Positions 23,146 through 35,042 of a stretch of 55,082 nucleotides of DNA are shown here, piece after piece. This DNA is from Klebsormidium nitens (taxonomy: Eukaryota > Plantae > Klebsormidiophyceae). The position numbers were made by a program, and so were the translations under genes. The notes under the pieces were generated by a model that did no database searches, was not told the origin of the DNA, and saw only the letters and a list, made by a program, of their open reading frames with translations. The stretch lies in NCBI GenBank assembly GCA_000708835.1, contig DF237159.1, positions 2,466 through 57,547 on the forward strand, read 5' to 3'. Each line of letters opens with the position of its first letter. The first letter of the stretch is position 1.

Positions 23146-26100
23146 ATGGCTGCCGCAACACATGCCGCCGCCGGGCGGGTGATGAGCTTGGAGTCAACTG
23201 TTCTGGGTGCTGCGCAGCCTGTTCACACTGAGTTTGCTGGGTTGCCTCTAAGTTCCGACCGCGGCCGCGGCAACTTGTTGAGTACCAGACGCAGCTCGGT
23301 CTGGGTCCCCTTGAACGGCCAGAGGGTGCGCCCCGTTTGCGCCCTTAACGGGAGCAAGAATGTGTCGGCCCCTGCCCAGGTCTCAGGTGCGCCTTAGTCT
23401 CTCATATACTTCTGCTGCGCCTCACATTGCACATTTCCTGTTCATATCTGAGTCTGCTGATGCATTTTGAGCGCCCTTTTCAAGAGTTTCGATAACAGCC
23501 TTGCAGCACACTTGGAAGGACTGGTGCATTGTGTCAATGTCGATGCTTCTTCTTGTGAGTGGTGGTTCACATTGTGGATTCTGAGTCTTGCGATCTCAGT
23601 GGTACCTTTTGTGGGTTTCGGGTTTCGTGTTCAGAGCAACAAAGTGGCAATGGCATCAAATGATAGAGAGGATGGTATGTCGTGGGAAGCTGCTCAAGAG
23701 GAGGTCTTGCGCTATTTGTGAGGGCAATGGTAAACCAATGCAAATGAGGCACTGTGGAACCCTAATGCAACATACAATGGAGCGTGCATTTCGCAACAAC
23801 ACCTGCATTTGAGCAAGTGTAGAGATGGGGACTCTTGATTTACCAAGCTTTCCGGGAATACCATCCTGTCCAATTACCAAGCTTTCCGGGAATACCATCC
23901 GTCCAGAAGTTCAAAGAGGAAACACAACAGGAAATTCTTGAAGAGGAGGCAATGAAGAAGCAGGAACTACATTGTGTAGACCCACATTGTGCTAAGAGTT
24001 GGTGAGCTAAAGTTAGTAGACGATATTTGGAAAGACCTGCTTTGATACACTCTTCTCCATGCTTTGTCCCAACTATCCAAAGTCTTTCTCAAGCATCCTC
24101 ATTTGCTCCACACAGAAAACTGAACAAAACATTCCTTTTCCCACTTTAAACACAAAACCCTACTCAAGCCACCTCCCTTTCTTAGAAATCCTTCACCCTC
24201 TTTTCTCACTGCCTTGGCACACATTGTCTCCTCAACTGACCCACTTTCTCCCTCCCGCAGTTGAGGCGACACCTGTCCCCGCCCAGCGCCCCCAGACCGT
24301 CGCCTCCGTCCAGGCCGCCCCCCCTCTGGCCTACGTCAACAGCAGCCAGCAATACCTCCCAGCAGTGCTCGTCGGCGCAGGCCTTGCCGCGGCCTTCTAC
24401 GCGCTTTTCGGCAACAAGCAGCAGGCCCCCGCTCCTGCTCTCGCCGGCAATGCCCCCGCAGCGCCTGCGCCTCCGGCACCCGCTCCCCAGCCCATTGTCA
24501 TCAAGATTGAGCAGCCCCAGACGACGTCAGGTGGCGGCAGCTCAGTGGCTTCCAAGGCAGCTCCGACGGACGCCACGCGCAAGGCGCGGGATACGATGGC
24601 CAAGTACTTCCCGGTGGTGCAGAAGGACACCGACTTCCTCGGAAAAGTGTCGGAGGCGCTCGAGGACCTTGGTTTCAACAGGTGAGGGACTTATTCATCT
24701 GTTTGTGCATTTGGTCTCTCTTTTGTTTGTGGAGTTCGTTCATGTTGATATCGTGTACTTTGTTCATGTTGATTTCGTGTACTTTGTTCATTTCGACATC
24801 TGATGTTGGGACTGACCCTTGTGTTTGAGCTGCTTGTAGTCGCCCTGTGAATGACGAGTCCAGAGTAGGGTTTTGGAAATGTCCCTTATGGCTGACAACT
24901 GAGGAAATGAGGAAAGAATCTTGATAGAGATGGGTACTCCAAAAGTTGTGTCTCAGTTCATTGCTCAACTTCAGATAAAGGTCCCAATGAACAGGCTCCA
25001 GTCAGGACTGTGCTTACCCTCCTTTCTTTTGTTTGTTGACATTGGGAACCAGAATAAGTCTCGTCAATGGGTCTTTCAACGAGAGCTTGATATCTTCTCT
25101 ACACTACTAATGCTGTCTAGGCGCTGATGAGTTTGCATATAGAATGGATAAGTGGCTATGGGTGTTGATGCTGTTCCTTTTATTTCAACCACAACCACTC
25201 CTTGCCACGCTCAATCTTGAGCTGCATTGTACCACTTGTGTGTTTTGCTTCAAACTCGTTGTTCAGGTCACACTTTATCTTGAGCTGCATTGCACCACTT
25301 TGCCTTCAAGTGAAGCAAGCTCGTTGTTCAGGTCACACTGTATCTTGAGCTGCATTGCACCACTTTCCATTCAAGTGAAGCCAAACTCGTTGTTCAGGTC
25401 ACACTTTATCTTGAGCTGCATTGCACCACTTTGCATTCAAGTTATGATCTCACTTTCCAGACTCTTTGTTCAGGCTGAACTTGAGGGTAAAGACATTGTG
25501 CAGACTTGTACAAGCAGCTGCTTAACATTACACAGCTGAGATGTGGTTCTTGCAGAGAGCGCCATTCAGTATCTCATGACCTGTGTCTCATCTCGTGTTT
25601 TTGCAGGAACAACTGCATTGCCCTGGTCGATGCTTGCCGTGACGAGATCACCCGCGGCCTGGTTCAGAACATTGATGAGGTGAGTCCAGAATCAGTCTGA
25701 ATCAGTCTGGGGGGAAAGCAGTTGCCCACACAGACCCTTTTGTTCAGGGAAATTGGTGCTCAAATGTGAGCCCTATTCTTCAAGGATATATGCTCCAGTT
25801 CAGTCAGCTGATGCTGATATTGGCTCTGCCTTGATTGTTGACCCTGAATGCAACCCTGCTTCGATGTTTTGAGGGGTATTCTGATGCTTTTGTCGCGTTC
25901 AGCTCAGAGCTTCTGCACAGGAACAGTCATTGTTTGCTCTTGATCGTCAGTGCACTTGCCTCTTTAAAGGCACAGTCAGTGAGAAGGGATTGAGAAGAGG
26001 GTTGTGCAGACCCTTTTGCAGCTTCAAGTCCAGAACAGATTGATGTTCCAGCAATGCACCAGTTGAAGTCCCTTGAGAATCACAGTGACTCCCATCCCTC

Positions 26101-28326
26101 CATACGTGGAGCTTATCTTCGCTCATGTCATGCAGATTTACGGCGAGTCGTTCAACATTTCCGGCCTAGGAGGGTATGTCAACTGCGGCAAGACCGGCCT
26201 AGGGGCTGGCATGGCCCACTCCCCCACCCTCCCTGACCGCGACCAGGACGGCAAGATCCGCGAGAAATGTGAGCTTTCCTGGTTTTTGACTTGTTCTTCA
26301 AAGTGCATCAGAAGTCCCTGCCGCAACAATTGCACAGTCCTTTAAGATGCAGGAAGGTTTGTGACCTATGATTCCCATACAGAGTAACTGGTATCTGGCC
26401 AGTGCTGACTTGAGAACTTCAGACTCGAGAGAAGTCTTCACTGGAAGTAGAAGCCATAGAAGCTCAAACAACAATGAATCTCAGGTCCAACCAGATCTAC
26501 AGAATTGCAACCTCTTACCACTTCAAAAGACATTTTGAGAGACGCCCTATCACTTGCATTACCCAGTCGCCTATAGAAACCCAGGGGTTGCTTCATAAAC
26601 CAGCAAGTTCATGCAGAACTTTCATTGAAACTCTTTTTGTTTACTTAGAGTTCCTGGTAAACCCTCTGACGCAATGCTTTCAACCCATGTGCAGATGTCT
26701 TCTTCGCTTTCCCCCACGTGGCTGTTAGCGCCGACGGCGCCGAGGGCATGGTTCAGCGCATTGGGCGCGAGAAGATCTCCAGCGCATGCGGCGCGTTGAT
26801 CGCGATCCAGGGAGAGGCGAAAGGCTGGTCCGGTGATGCACAGTACCCGGACGACATCGAGTACACCATTCTGAGGAACAAGGTGCTCCACAAGGTAAGC
26901 CGTCGATTCGGTGTGACTGTGTTGCTTGGCATCGCATTGAACTTACTCTCCACCGCTCGCTTTGAAAGCATCCCGCCGCTTTCATCCACTCCCTTGACCA
27001 ATCATGTGGAACTCTCCGCCATTCAGTGGAGTTCTTTTCTGCATAAGCAAACTCATTACCACAGGCTTTCAGTGGAGCCGAATGACTTTCAAATAATCTT
27101 CTCCTGGGGTTGCTGCTCTAACAGGGTGCGCAGCATTTACAGTCCATTTCATTCAGCCTTGCTCAACTGCGTCTTTGGTACGGATTCTCCAACGTCTGAC
27201 GCCAGCTATCGCCGTGTGCAGCAATCGTGCCTATGCAACATGGCGACCCAGACGCCGTCGCTTATGGATGTCACCAAGACCGCCCTTGACGTAAGCAATC
27301 CAGCATACTCTGAAGACGAAACTCTAAATTGACTCTTGATCCAGCATACTCTGAAGACGAAACTCTAAATTGACTCGGATCAACAATCCCAAAAGGCTCT
27401 TCAGATACTTGTGCGGGACTGTTGCTGCCAGGCTTCGAACGTTCAGTCGGATTTTTCCGAGGACCGGTAGACGTTTCGACCACACAGTCGGACGTCCTTG
27501 GTCATTCGTTTGTGCATGAAGGATCACTGACGGCTAGTCCTCTGTCTGTGTTGGTTTGAAACACCTTGACGAGCGACATGTAGTCCCACATTAATATACC
27601 TTACAAGCGAACATCGAGAGAAAGCTGTCCGCTTGCTGAGCATATCCGGTTCACTGTGTGCAGGTGATCACAGAGGACCTGAACGACTTGCTTTCCAAGG
27701 TCGTCGATCCTGCAAAGGCAGACTTCGCCGTCGTCACCGGCATTCAGATCCACGCAGGAACATCAGAGGTAAGCAGAGGATCCATCCTCTGACAGTCCAT
27801 TTCTTGCATCCGAGTTTGATTTCCCAGTGGATATCAGATCAGTGTGAGCCAACGCAGATTACATCAAAAGATCCTAGCAACTCGCAGAGTCTACCAGCCT
27901 TTTGACTTCTCACTCCTCCATATTTGGGTCTGTTCTGGAGTACGAAGTTGCTGTGCCTCTTCCGCTTCCGTTCCTTTCCCGTCCTGAGCCCCAAATTTGC
28001 TGTTGCTATTGGCCGCTCTTGTTGGCACAGCGTTTCAGTGGTCTCTCGAGTTTGGAAGGACATTGACCTCCGAAAGGACAGAAAGTCTGTTAGCCTTAAT
28101 GCTACCATAACCTGTCCTAACCTGTGGTTTTTTCCCCCCGGTGCAGGCTCCCGATGATCAGAACCAGTTCGTGGACTACGTTGCCCCGGGCACCATGTAC
28201 GCCGTGGTTAACGGCCAGGGTTACTCGCTTGACTGGCGCTGGGAGAACGGCTCGGTGATCTCCAAGAAGATGCCCGCAGGCACCCCTGACAAAGTGCCGG
28301 CCCTTGAGCTTATTGGTGCGAAGTAG
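23146..28326 (+). CDS. LCIB: LCIB/LCIC-family (limiting-CO2-inducible, beta-CA-fold/theta-type carbonic anhydrase) protein, 484 aa, with plastid transit peptide and extended N-terminus
   Basis: Exons 23146-23379, 23635-23674, 24261-24681, 25607-25679, 26136-26268, 26695-26894, 27222-27290, 27664-27768, 28147-28326 (1455 nt, in frame). Family motifs: NCIALVDACRDE, YGESFNISGLGG..CGKTG..AGMAHSP, YVFFAFPHVAV, SACGAL, ITEDL..VDPAKADFAVVTGIQIH, YVAPGTMYAVVNG. Cys/His/Cys Zn ligands are present. Confidence 0.95.
23840..23900. repeat. Direct duplication (27 bp, period 34) in LCIB intron 2
   Basis: ttaccaagctttccgggaataccatcc occurs twice. Confidence 0.85.
24738..24792. repeat. Short tandem repeat (~24 bp) in LCIB intron 3
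   Basis: gttcatgttgatatcgtgtacttt / gttcatgttgatttcgtgtacttt / gttcat. Confidence 0.75.
25212..25442. repeat. ~62-bp minisatellite x4 in LCIB intron 3
   Basis: Unit atcttgagctgcattgcaccactt...aactcgttgttcaggtcacact repeated; no resemblance to an exon. Confidence 0.88.
27298..27376. repeat. Direct tandem duplication (~42 bp) in LCIB intron 7
   Basis: atccagcatactctgaagacgaaactctaaattgactc occurs twice. Confidence 0.88.
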
Positions 28327-28351
28327 GTTCCAAAACAATGGTTTCACAAGC

Positions 28352-28505
28352 AATCTGGGGAGGGTTCTACGGTAACGGGCTCACGGGGTTAACATTTTGA
28401 TCAATTATAGAGTCGATTCCAAGCCCAGAGAATCTGGGGAGGGTTCTAAGGTGATGGGTTAAAGGGTTAACGATTTGATCAGGGTAGTATCGTTTCCAAG
28501 CCCAC
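28352..28505. repeat. Two ~80-bp degenerate tandem units just after the LCIB stop codon
   Basis: aatctggggagggttcta..ggttaac..tttgatca..gt..ttccaagccca twice. Confidence 0.75.
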
Positions 28506-29815
28506 GACTCTTGTAGCTCGGTGTAGGAGGTGATCGATGTGCGGGGCGGGTAGGGGTGTTGACGACCGGTAATGTACAGAAGAGTCAGAGCGCATGAATA
28601 TGGAACGTACGTTGATGAACGACAACTTGCGCATAGTAAGTAGCTAGTGACTGCACACTGCCAAGGAATGCGGACAAGTTGTGTTTGAACGACGCTTGTG
28701 CATGCAGGTCAAATCTGAAAGCTACTTGTGCAAGAAGGTCAAATCTATAAAACTTGCGACAATCTGGCAATGTCTTGTCTCTCTTCAGACAAGTCTACTT
28801 GAACATGGATGTATGCAAACAAGGTGCAATCGCCGCTGAGTAGTAATCTGGTCTACTTTCTAGCGTCACTGACACTGCCTGGGACTTCAGTATAAAGCCG
28901 ATTATATATGCACCGTGATCGGAAATTGCGAAGCCTTGTAACAACCAAGTCTCAAAGCTCTTAAGATCTGTGACAGATATAGTGTATATGAATGTTTAAT
29001 GTTAACTTGAGCCGTTGAAAGTCTCTATCAAAGAGTCGCCATGGCAGCCTGCCCCAATTGGTCACTTAGTTGGAGAACTAAACTTCGTGCAATGTCGGCC
29101 GAATAATAAGCGGTGACAGTCGGCCGCTAAGGCATGCACCGGGTTTACACTCGGCCACCGTTATGAACCTCAGTCACTGCACAGCACAAAGTAGCGCGTA
29201 CTGACGCAGGATCATATCCCGAGATTCTGGCAATGATGCATTATGAGAAGTGCATGAACCCTGAAATAAAGCAGCTATACCTATCTTGATACTAAAGTAT
29301 ATAAGGGCGCGGCCGTCGAGTAGTTATATATAGTTCTCATGCCATTTTCAGTAATTGGCGTCAGACTTCATCCTAATCAAAGGATATGCCGCCCTAGCCT
29401 TGTATACTAAGTGGTATCAGTATTGCCAGATACATGTCATTGAAGTTCATGCACCGTCTGAAATGTAAACCGTCAACCTACGTACGAGTGACACAGGCAC
29501 ATTAAGACTTAGAATCAATTTGAACCCAGCCGACTCTCGTGTACACTCTGAACTTCAGAAGAAGCTGGTCAATTACACTGGACTTTGGTCGTAAAAGATC
29601 CACAACTTTCCAGACACACTGGGGCGCAAGGGAACACATGCACCAGCTTGACTTTCTGGACTTTCGACTTATGTTACACACGACTGACTGAGGGCCCAAG
29701 GTAGTCTTCGCAACTAAGCTCCAAAAAGTGGGAGCAGCAGACATCCCACGAATGGAAACTCTTCTCTTATGCACTACCAAAAACCGCTGTACACTGACAC
29801 GAAGCTCAGCCGCCA

Positions 29816-32800
29816 TTAACCCGCTTCTTGCAGCTTCCGCTTGCCGGCCCGCACTCTCCGGCAAAACACCTCGAACGACGGACTCAAGTCCACGGACTTG
29901 ACCAGCTGCGCGTAGCTCTTCTCCTGGAACCATTTCGTGAGCAGTTCGTTCGCGTCGGGCAGCGTTTGCAGCAGCTCTCTGAACTTGTTCTTTTGGACCT
30001 TCCGCTTGGCGATTTCGGTGGTTTTGTCGTATTGGGGGCTGTTGTCCGCTTCGGACGCTAGAGCGTCGTTGATGAGGCCCCACGACATCGCGATCATGTC
30101 CACGAGAGCGGACCTGCAGAACGAGTATGGGGAGGATTCTGGTTTTAGGCTCCTTTGGAAAGAACGGGTTTAGCATTGTCGATAAGGCCCTACGAAAAAG
30201 TAATCGTGTCCACAAGAGCGGACCTGCAGAACGAGTATGGAGAGAAAAATGTCTCCAGATTTTGGAAAGGGCCGCGAGGGGGACGTTGATTAGACCCCAG
30301 AAAAAGGCACTTAATGTCCACGAGAGCGGATCTGCGGAACGAGTATGTGGAGGAATCTATCTGAGGACTTGTTTGAAAGGGACACGAGGGCGTTGTTGAT
30401 GAGACCCCAAGACACGACGCTCAAGTTCACAAGAGGAAACCTGGAGATTAAATACGGAAAACAGACCATCTTCAGACTTGTTGGAGAGAGGGATTTTGCA
30501 GAGAGCAGGAAGGAAGGGCAAATCTTGACGTCTGGCCAGTCCAAGAGTGTCGAACGGCAGAACGAGATTGGGGGGAAAAGTTGGATGCCATCATGTCCAA
30601 AAAGAGTGACCTGCGGAACTTGATTAGGCGGAAGAGCGCGTTGAAGATAAGGGCGTGAGGGACAAGGAAGCGGACGCGAAGAATGAGAAGAAGGGAAGCG
30701 AACATTCAATCAAACATGAAGGTGACGTCAGTTGTACGGAGATAAGAGCTGGCGGGCAGACGGAGCGAGAGAGCATCCAAATAAAGTGGGAGTGCAAATA
30801 AAGCAAAGTTGCACCTTGTCCAGGTATAACCTAGAAAACGGAGAGCGTAAGGAGAGACAACAGCCGAGAGACACTAGGGCAGGGCAAGACCAAAGGTAAG
30901 TCCAAAGAGAAGTAGATACACAATCCTTATCCTTTCAGCAACTATGACAGAGGATTATGCTGACTGCATGACCGCGTGATCTTTGCGCTGACTGCATGAC
31001 CGCGTGATCTTTGCACGTGCCAGTTGAAACAACCCGTCCTTCGAATACATCCAAAACACCAAAGGGTGAGAACAAGTTTGCAAATCTAGAAGACCCTAAT
31101 CAAGGTCCGACGGGTACCAACTGAGCTTTTCTTCACATTCCGGGCTGTTAAAACCCGTCCCATGATGTGTTTCGCTTACTGGTGCTCATTTTGTACCTCT
31201 GAATATTTCCAAGAACGACGCCCTTCGAGTGGACACCTGAGCTGTCTGTCACAAGTTCAAACTCCACGAACGAGCCAAATTCCCTCAACAGGGCTGGAAT
31301 GCAAGGGTAAAGAGGGGGACGCAAACTGCCGAAATACGTCAAACCCGTGCTTGCGTTATGACAACTACATCGCAATCTCGATTCAGGACGACCGTAATGC
31401 CACCGGAACAAGCAGAAACGGGGCGGTCCGCAGCCAAAAAATGCTGACCCGGGCTAACTGCGAAGACAGAAAGGTCCGGCACAAGACAAGCCTCATCGAG
31501 AATGGGTGAAAGGAGGGGACAAATAGTGGAAACACAATGTCCTTCAAGAGGGCTTCGTGGTGGCGTGCACGATGCAGCGACCAATCACTCATAATGTTCG
31601 ACTCGAAATCGAAGTCGTTGGTCGCTGCTTCGACTTTTATGCTGACGGATGCTCGGCGGCCGAAAGGCTCAGCGTGCGCATACACGGGCGCCTTTGTGAC
31701 GTCATGCGGATGCAACCGCTGACGCCCACTTCAAAGGCTGGGTCGAAAGATTTCGCACCTGAGCTGGGGCGGCCGCAGGCCCAGCACGACAATTCTTGCA
31801 CACGTTGACCTGTACTTGCGCAACGTCAGACACAAAGTCCGGTTCCGTTTGCGAAATGGCGGTAACGGAAAAGGCAGCGGAACAGGCGGAAAATGGGCGG
31901 CTCGCATGCCAAAAAATGCGCACCTGAGCTGGGGCGGCCGCAGGCCGAGCGTGGACATGCTGGCGCACGCGATGGCGCCCTTCTCAGGGCCGACCAAACC
32001 CTCCAGCACCTCCAGCGAGAACTGGCCCACCAGCCGCTTGCACTCAGTCTCGGGGATCGCCTGCGGGCAAAATAAACAGTGGGTCAGCTTTCCTGCCTTA
32101 CAAACGAGCCTGTCAGTGCGGGGGAAGGCAATAGAACAAATCTGGTTGGACCGACCTCAAGTTGCAATGTGTCGTGGAAACTCTTGGCATGATCCAAGAA
32201 CGAAAATCAGACATATCTGTCTCACAATCCATCTAAATGTACCTTCCGGCTCGAGACTTGCTTAGCCAGTGACAGCCTCCGTCAGCTGTTCCATAAAGCC
32301 CTTCCCCACCCCGCGCCGAATAGATCCCGTCAAACTTCGACTGAACCTGCTTGAATATCATTCTGACATCCTGAGCTTCAATCCCGGAGTCTGACTTGTG
32401 GCACGCCAGCGATTAGGCTTGGACCATGCAGAAATTCGACCTGGAAAGGACTCGGACAAGACGCCCAGGTGAGCGACAGGCCAGAGACTCTTGCATCCGA
32501 AGACCGCCCGACACGGGGCGAGTGCATCGTTTAATGGGGTTTGCCTGACCTGCTCTTTGTTCACCGCAAAGCTGGATTTTATTCTTCATACCTTCGAAAC
32601 ACTAGGGACCCCCATCCAACGGTGAAACGAAAGTTGTGTTCAGGCCTCGAACGCTTGCGGACGGACTGTCGTCCTCGCGCTGCCAACAGAAAAGTTTGCC
32701 CGTAGACACGTTGTCATCGTCCACCCGTCCTCTCCTTGTTTCTCATGTTACAAGCTCCACCCAGACAGGGGGGTAAGAGTTCGGTTGCCGAAACCGTGAG

Positions 32801-35042
32801 CCTTAACCCACCTTGGACAGCCAGCTGCAGCACTTGGACCACGCAAATAAGTCGTAGTTGTTTGCCTAACCCTGGACTTAACCCACCTTGGGCAGCCAAC
32901 TGCGGCACTTGGACCACGCAAATACGATCTCAGGGATCGCCCCCATCTCCCGGAGCACGCCCATGATCCAGAGCGCTTTCTCCACGTGGTACTTGAGGAA
33001 CGTGCGCCGACGGGCGGAGGGGCCGGAACCCGCAGAGGGCATCGCCAGTCCCGTCGCCACCTGCACGAGTTGAAGATTGTGCACAGCTTCGATGAACAAC
33101 GTTCATTGACTCGATTTGAAACAAACGGGGAATCAGAATGGCGAAATGAGATGAGCTTTGTCAGTGTAAAGTACCAGTGCATCCAGGAGATTATGGATGG
33201 ACCTGTAGAATCGAAGTAGGAATGTACAACACTTCGAGACGGAAGCCAGATGCAAGTATTCGGACAATCTATGCAGAAGTATCACAGCCAGATAGTTCCA
33301 GACAGAACTTGAAGTTGCCTGCGCATCGTCAAACCTTAACGAGGTGATAAGCAAACAGGCTCGATCGTCACCGCAGCTCTGACTCTTTGCGTGGGCAAGG
33401 CAATCATTCCTAAAGCAGATGTATGAGTCCGGTCAGGCTGGCTGAAAAAGTCGGACAGGTAAAATCCGAGCGTCGACCAGTCAACCGTTTCATTCAATCA
33501 AAGTCGGAGGCACAAGCAGTGAGGCCGACAAGGACTGGAAATGGATATCTAGTGCGTTTTCCCATGAGACTCGATCTAGCATACAGGGAGCGCTTTACTA
33601 AGGATTCAGCTGCTTGACTACTGACACTCACCTCAGCCAGAGCTCCGTCTATCTTCGCCGTTACGACGTCGAGGAAGGACGCGACCAGAAGCTCATCGCC
33701 GAGCTCCGAGACAGCGGTGGAGAGGAGCTTGTGGAAGGTGCCTGGGGGGGAAATGCATAGGAAGTTTAGCCCTCTATTATATGAATGCGTAACTTGAGCG
33801 GAAGGTCTCCACTAAGCTTCGACTTTTCTAGACGGTGGGGAAAGCACAACGCAAGTGTGGAGGGCGCTGATTGGTTGAATGCTACAGAGGAGCTCGAAGA
33901 AGGTGCGTGAGGAAGGTGCCTTTTTGAACCAGGGGGAGAATGGGAAAACCAGGGGGAGAAGGGGAAATTTCACACTAAATTCTGGTAAGACTAGGGAAGC
34001 ATTGCTACACGGACCCCTGCCAAAGAGTTTACTTATGAACTCAAATGCCGGTTGTCTCAAGTCTACCAGTTTCCACCAACATGCGGATTCTTCTTTCTCG
34101 TAATTTCAGCAAAGCGGACGATGCCTCCATTGCAGAAGAAAGCTGATCACCGCTACTCTCTGCTTTGGAGAAGCTTCATTAGCACTCACCTCTGAGGTAG
34201 TCCTTGTCCTGCTCCAGCGCCGACAGAAACGCCACCTTGAGCGTCTCTATGCAGTTCGACCCGCTCACAGGCTCCGCCCTCTGAAGCAACTCCCTGGCAG
34301 CCGGAAGCTGCAGCGGTCTGATCGCATCCTGGATCCGAACCAGCTCATCTTCGCTCCACCGGGACGCTTCCAGGAAGGTGCAGCAATACTCGATGAGTGC
34401 ATCGTACTGCAGCTCCGCCGCCACCTCCAAAAGATCAAGCGCGATCGCGACAGTGTCAATCACTGCCTTGTAGTTCTCATAGTACATGAGGTCGAGTGCG
34501 ATGCTGTACGCGTTGTACCGCGCCCTGAGCACCCCCCGGTAGTACTCGCTCTCCTCCTCCTCTTCTTCATTCTCCTCTTCATTTTCGTCCCCGCTGTCCT
34601 CGTCAATCTTCTCGTCATTCTCCCCATCCCCTTCTCCAGTACTCGCGACGTCATCGTTCGCAGGGGCAGCTGAAGTTGAAGCGTCCTGCTTGCTCTCCGC
34701 GGGGGAGCTCACGTCTTTAGAACTAGACGCGGCCACATTCTTCGCGGCCGTGTCAGGAGCTGGGCCCTTGGCTGGAGTCACTGCCTCCCTATCATCTTTG
34801 ACGCCGAGAATGATGAGAGGCATCCCATCGCTGCACTTGCCTTTCGGCCATCGCTTGGAAAGCAGCGCAGCAAAGAAACCCGAGTGCTTAATCAGGACGG
34901 ACTTGTGGAGATGGATGAACTCGTCTTCCTCTCCCACGCCAATCTGGACCCTCACATCGTGGGGGCCCCAATCATCGTGGTCGTCTCTTTCCATTGAGGA
35001 TTGAACGAGGCCGTCCTTACTTTGGAACAGGACAAGCGACAT
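29816..35042 (-). CDS. BTB/POZ-domain protein (plant type) with acidic low-complexity insertion
   Basis: Exons 35042-34190, 33741-33632, possible extra exon near 33322-33171 (uncertain), 33060-32887, 32060-31924, 30113-29816. BTB signature DVRVQIG..FIHLHKSVLIKHSGFFAALLS..W, followed by LLEVAAELQYDALIEYCCTFLEASRWSEDE. Confidence 0.8.
30160..30625 (-). repeat. Three degenerate copies of the BTB last-exon acceptor and start
   Basis: tgtccacaagagcggacctgcagaacgagtatgg (~30207), tgtccacgagagcggatctgcggaacgagtatg (~30315), catcatgtccaaaaagagtgacctgcggaac (~30590) versus real gatcatgtccacgagagcggacctgcagaacgagtatgg (~30092). Confidence 0.88.
30959..31014. repeat. Perfect 28-bp tandem duplication in a BTB intron
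   Basis: gctgactgcatgaccgcgtgatctttgc x2. Confidence 0.9.

Noticed and set aside
25212-25442. Regular repeats as a CRISPR-like array
   Set aside because: Eukaryotic intron; whole units repeat with no unique spacers, so it is a minisatellite.
28225-28248. DWRWEN near the LCIB C-terminus as a Chlamydomonas-type Rubisco-binding motif (W[+]xxPsi[-])
   Set aside because: The required hydrophobic residue is missing, it is a single copy, and that motif is not established for streptophytes.
31148-31808. Several 60-115-aa ORFs inside the BTB intron as a nested gene or extra exon
   Set aside because: The flanking BTB exons join in phase without them (LR|SALVDM) and none has a recognisable domain.
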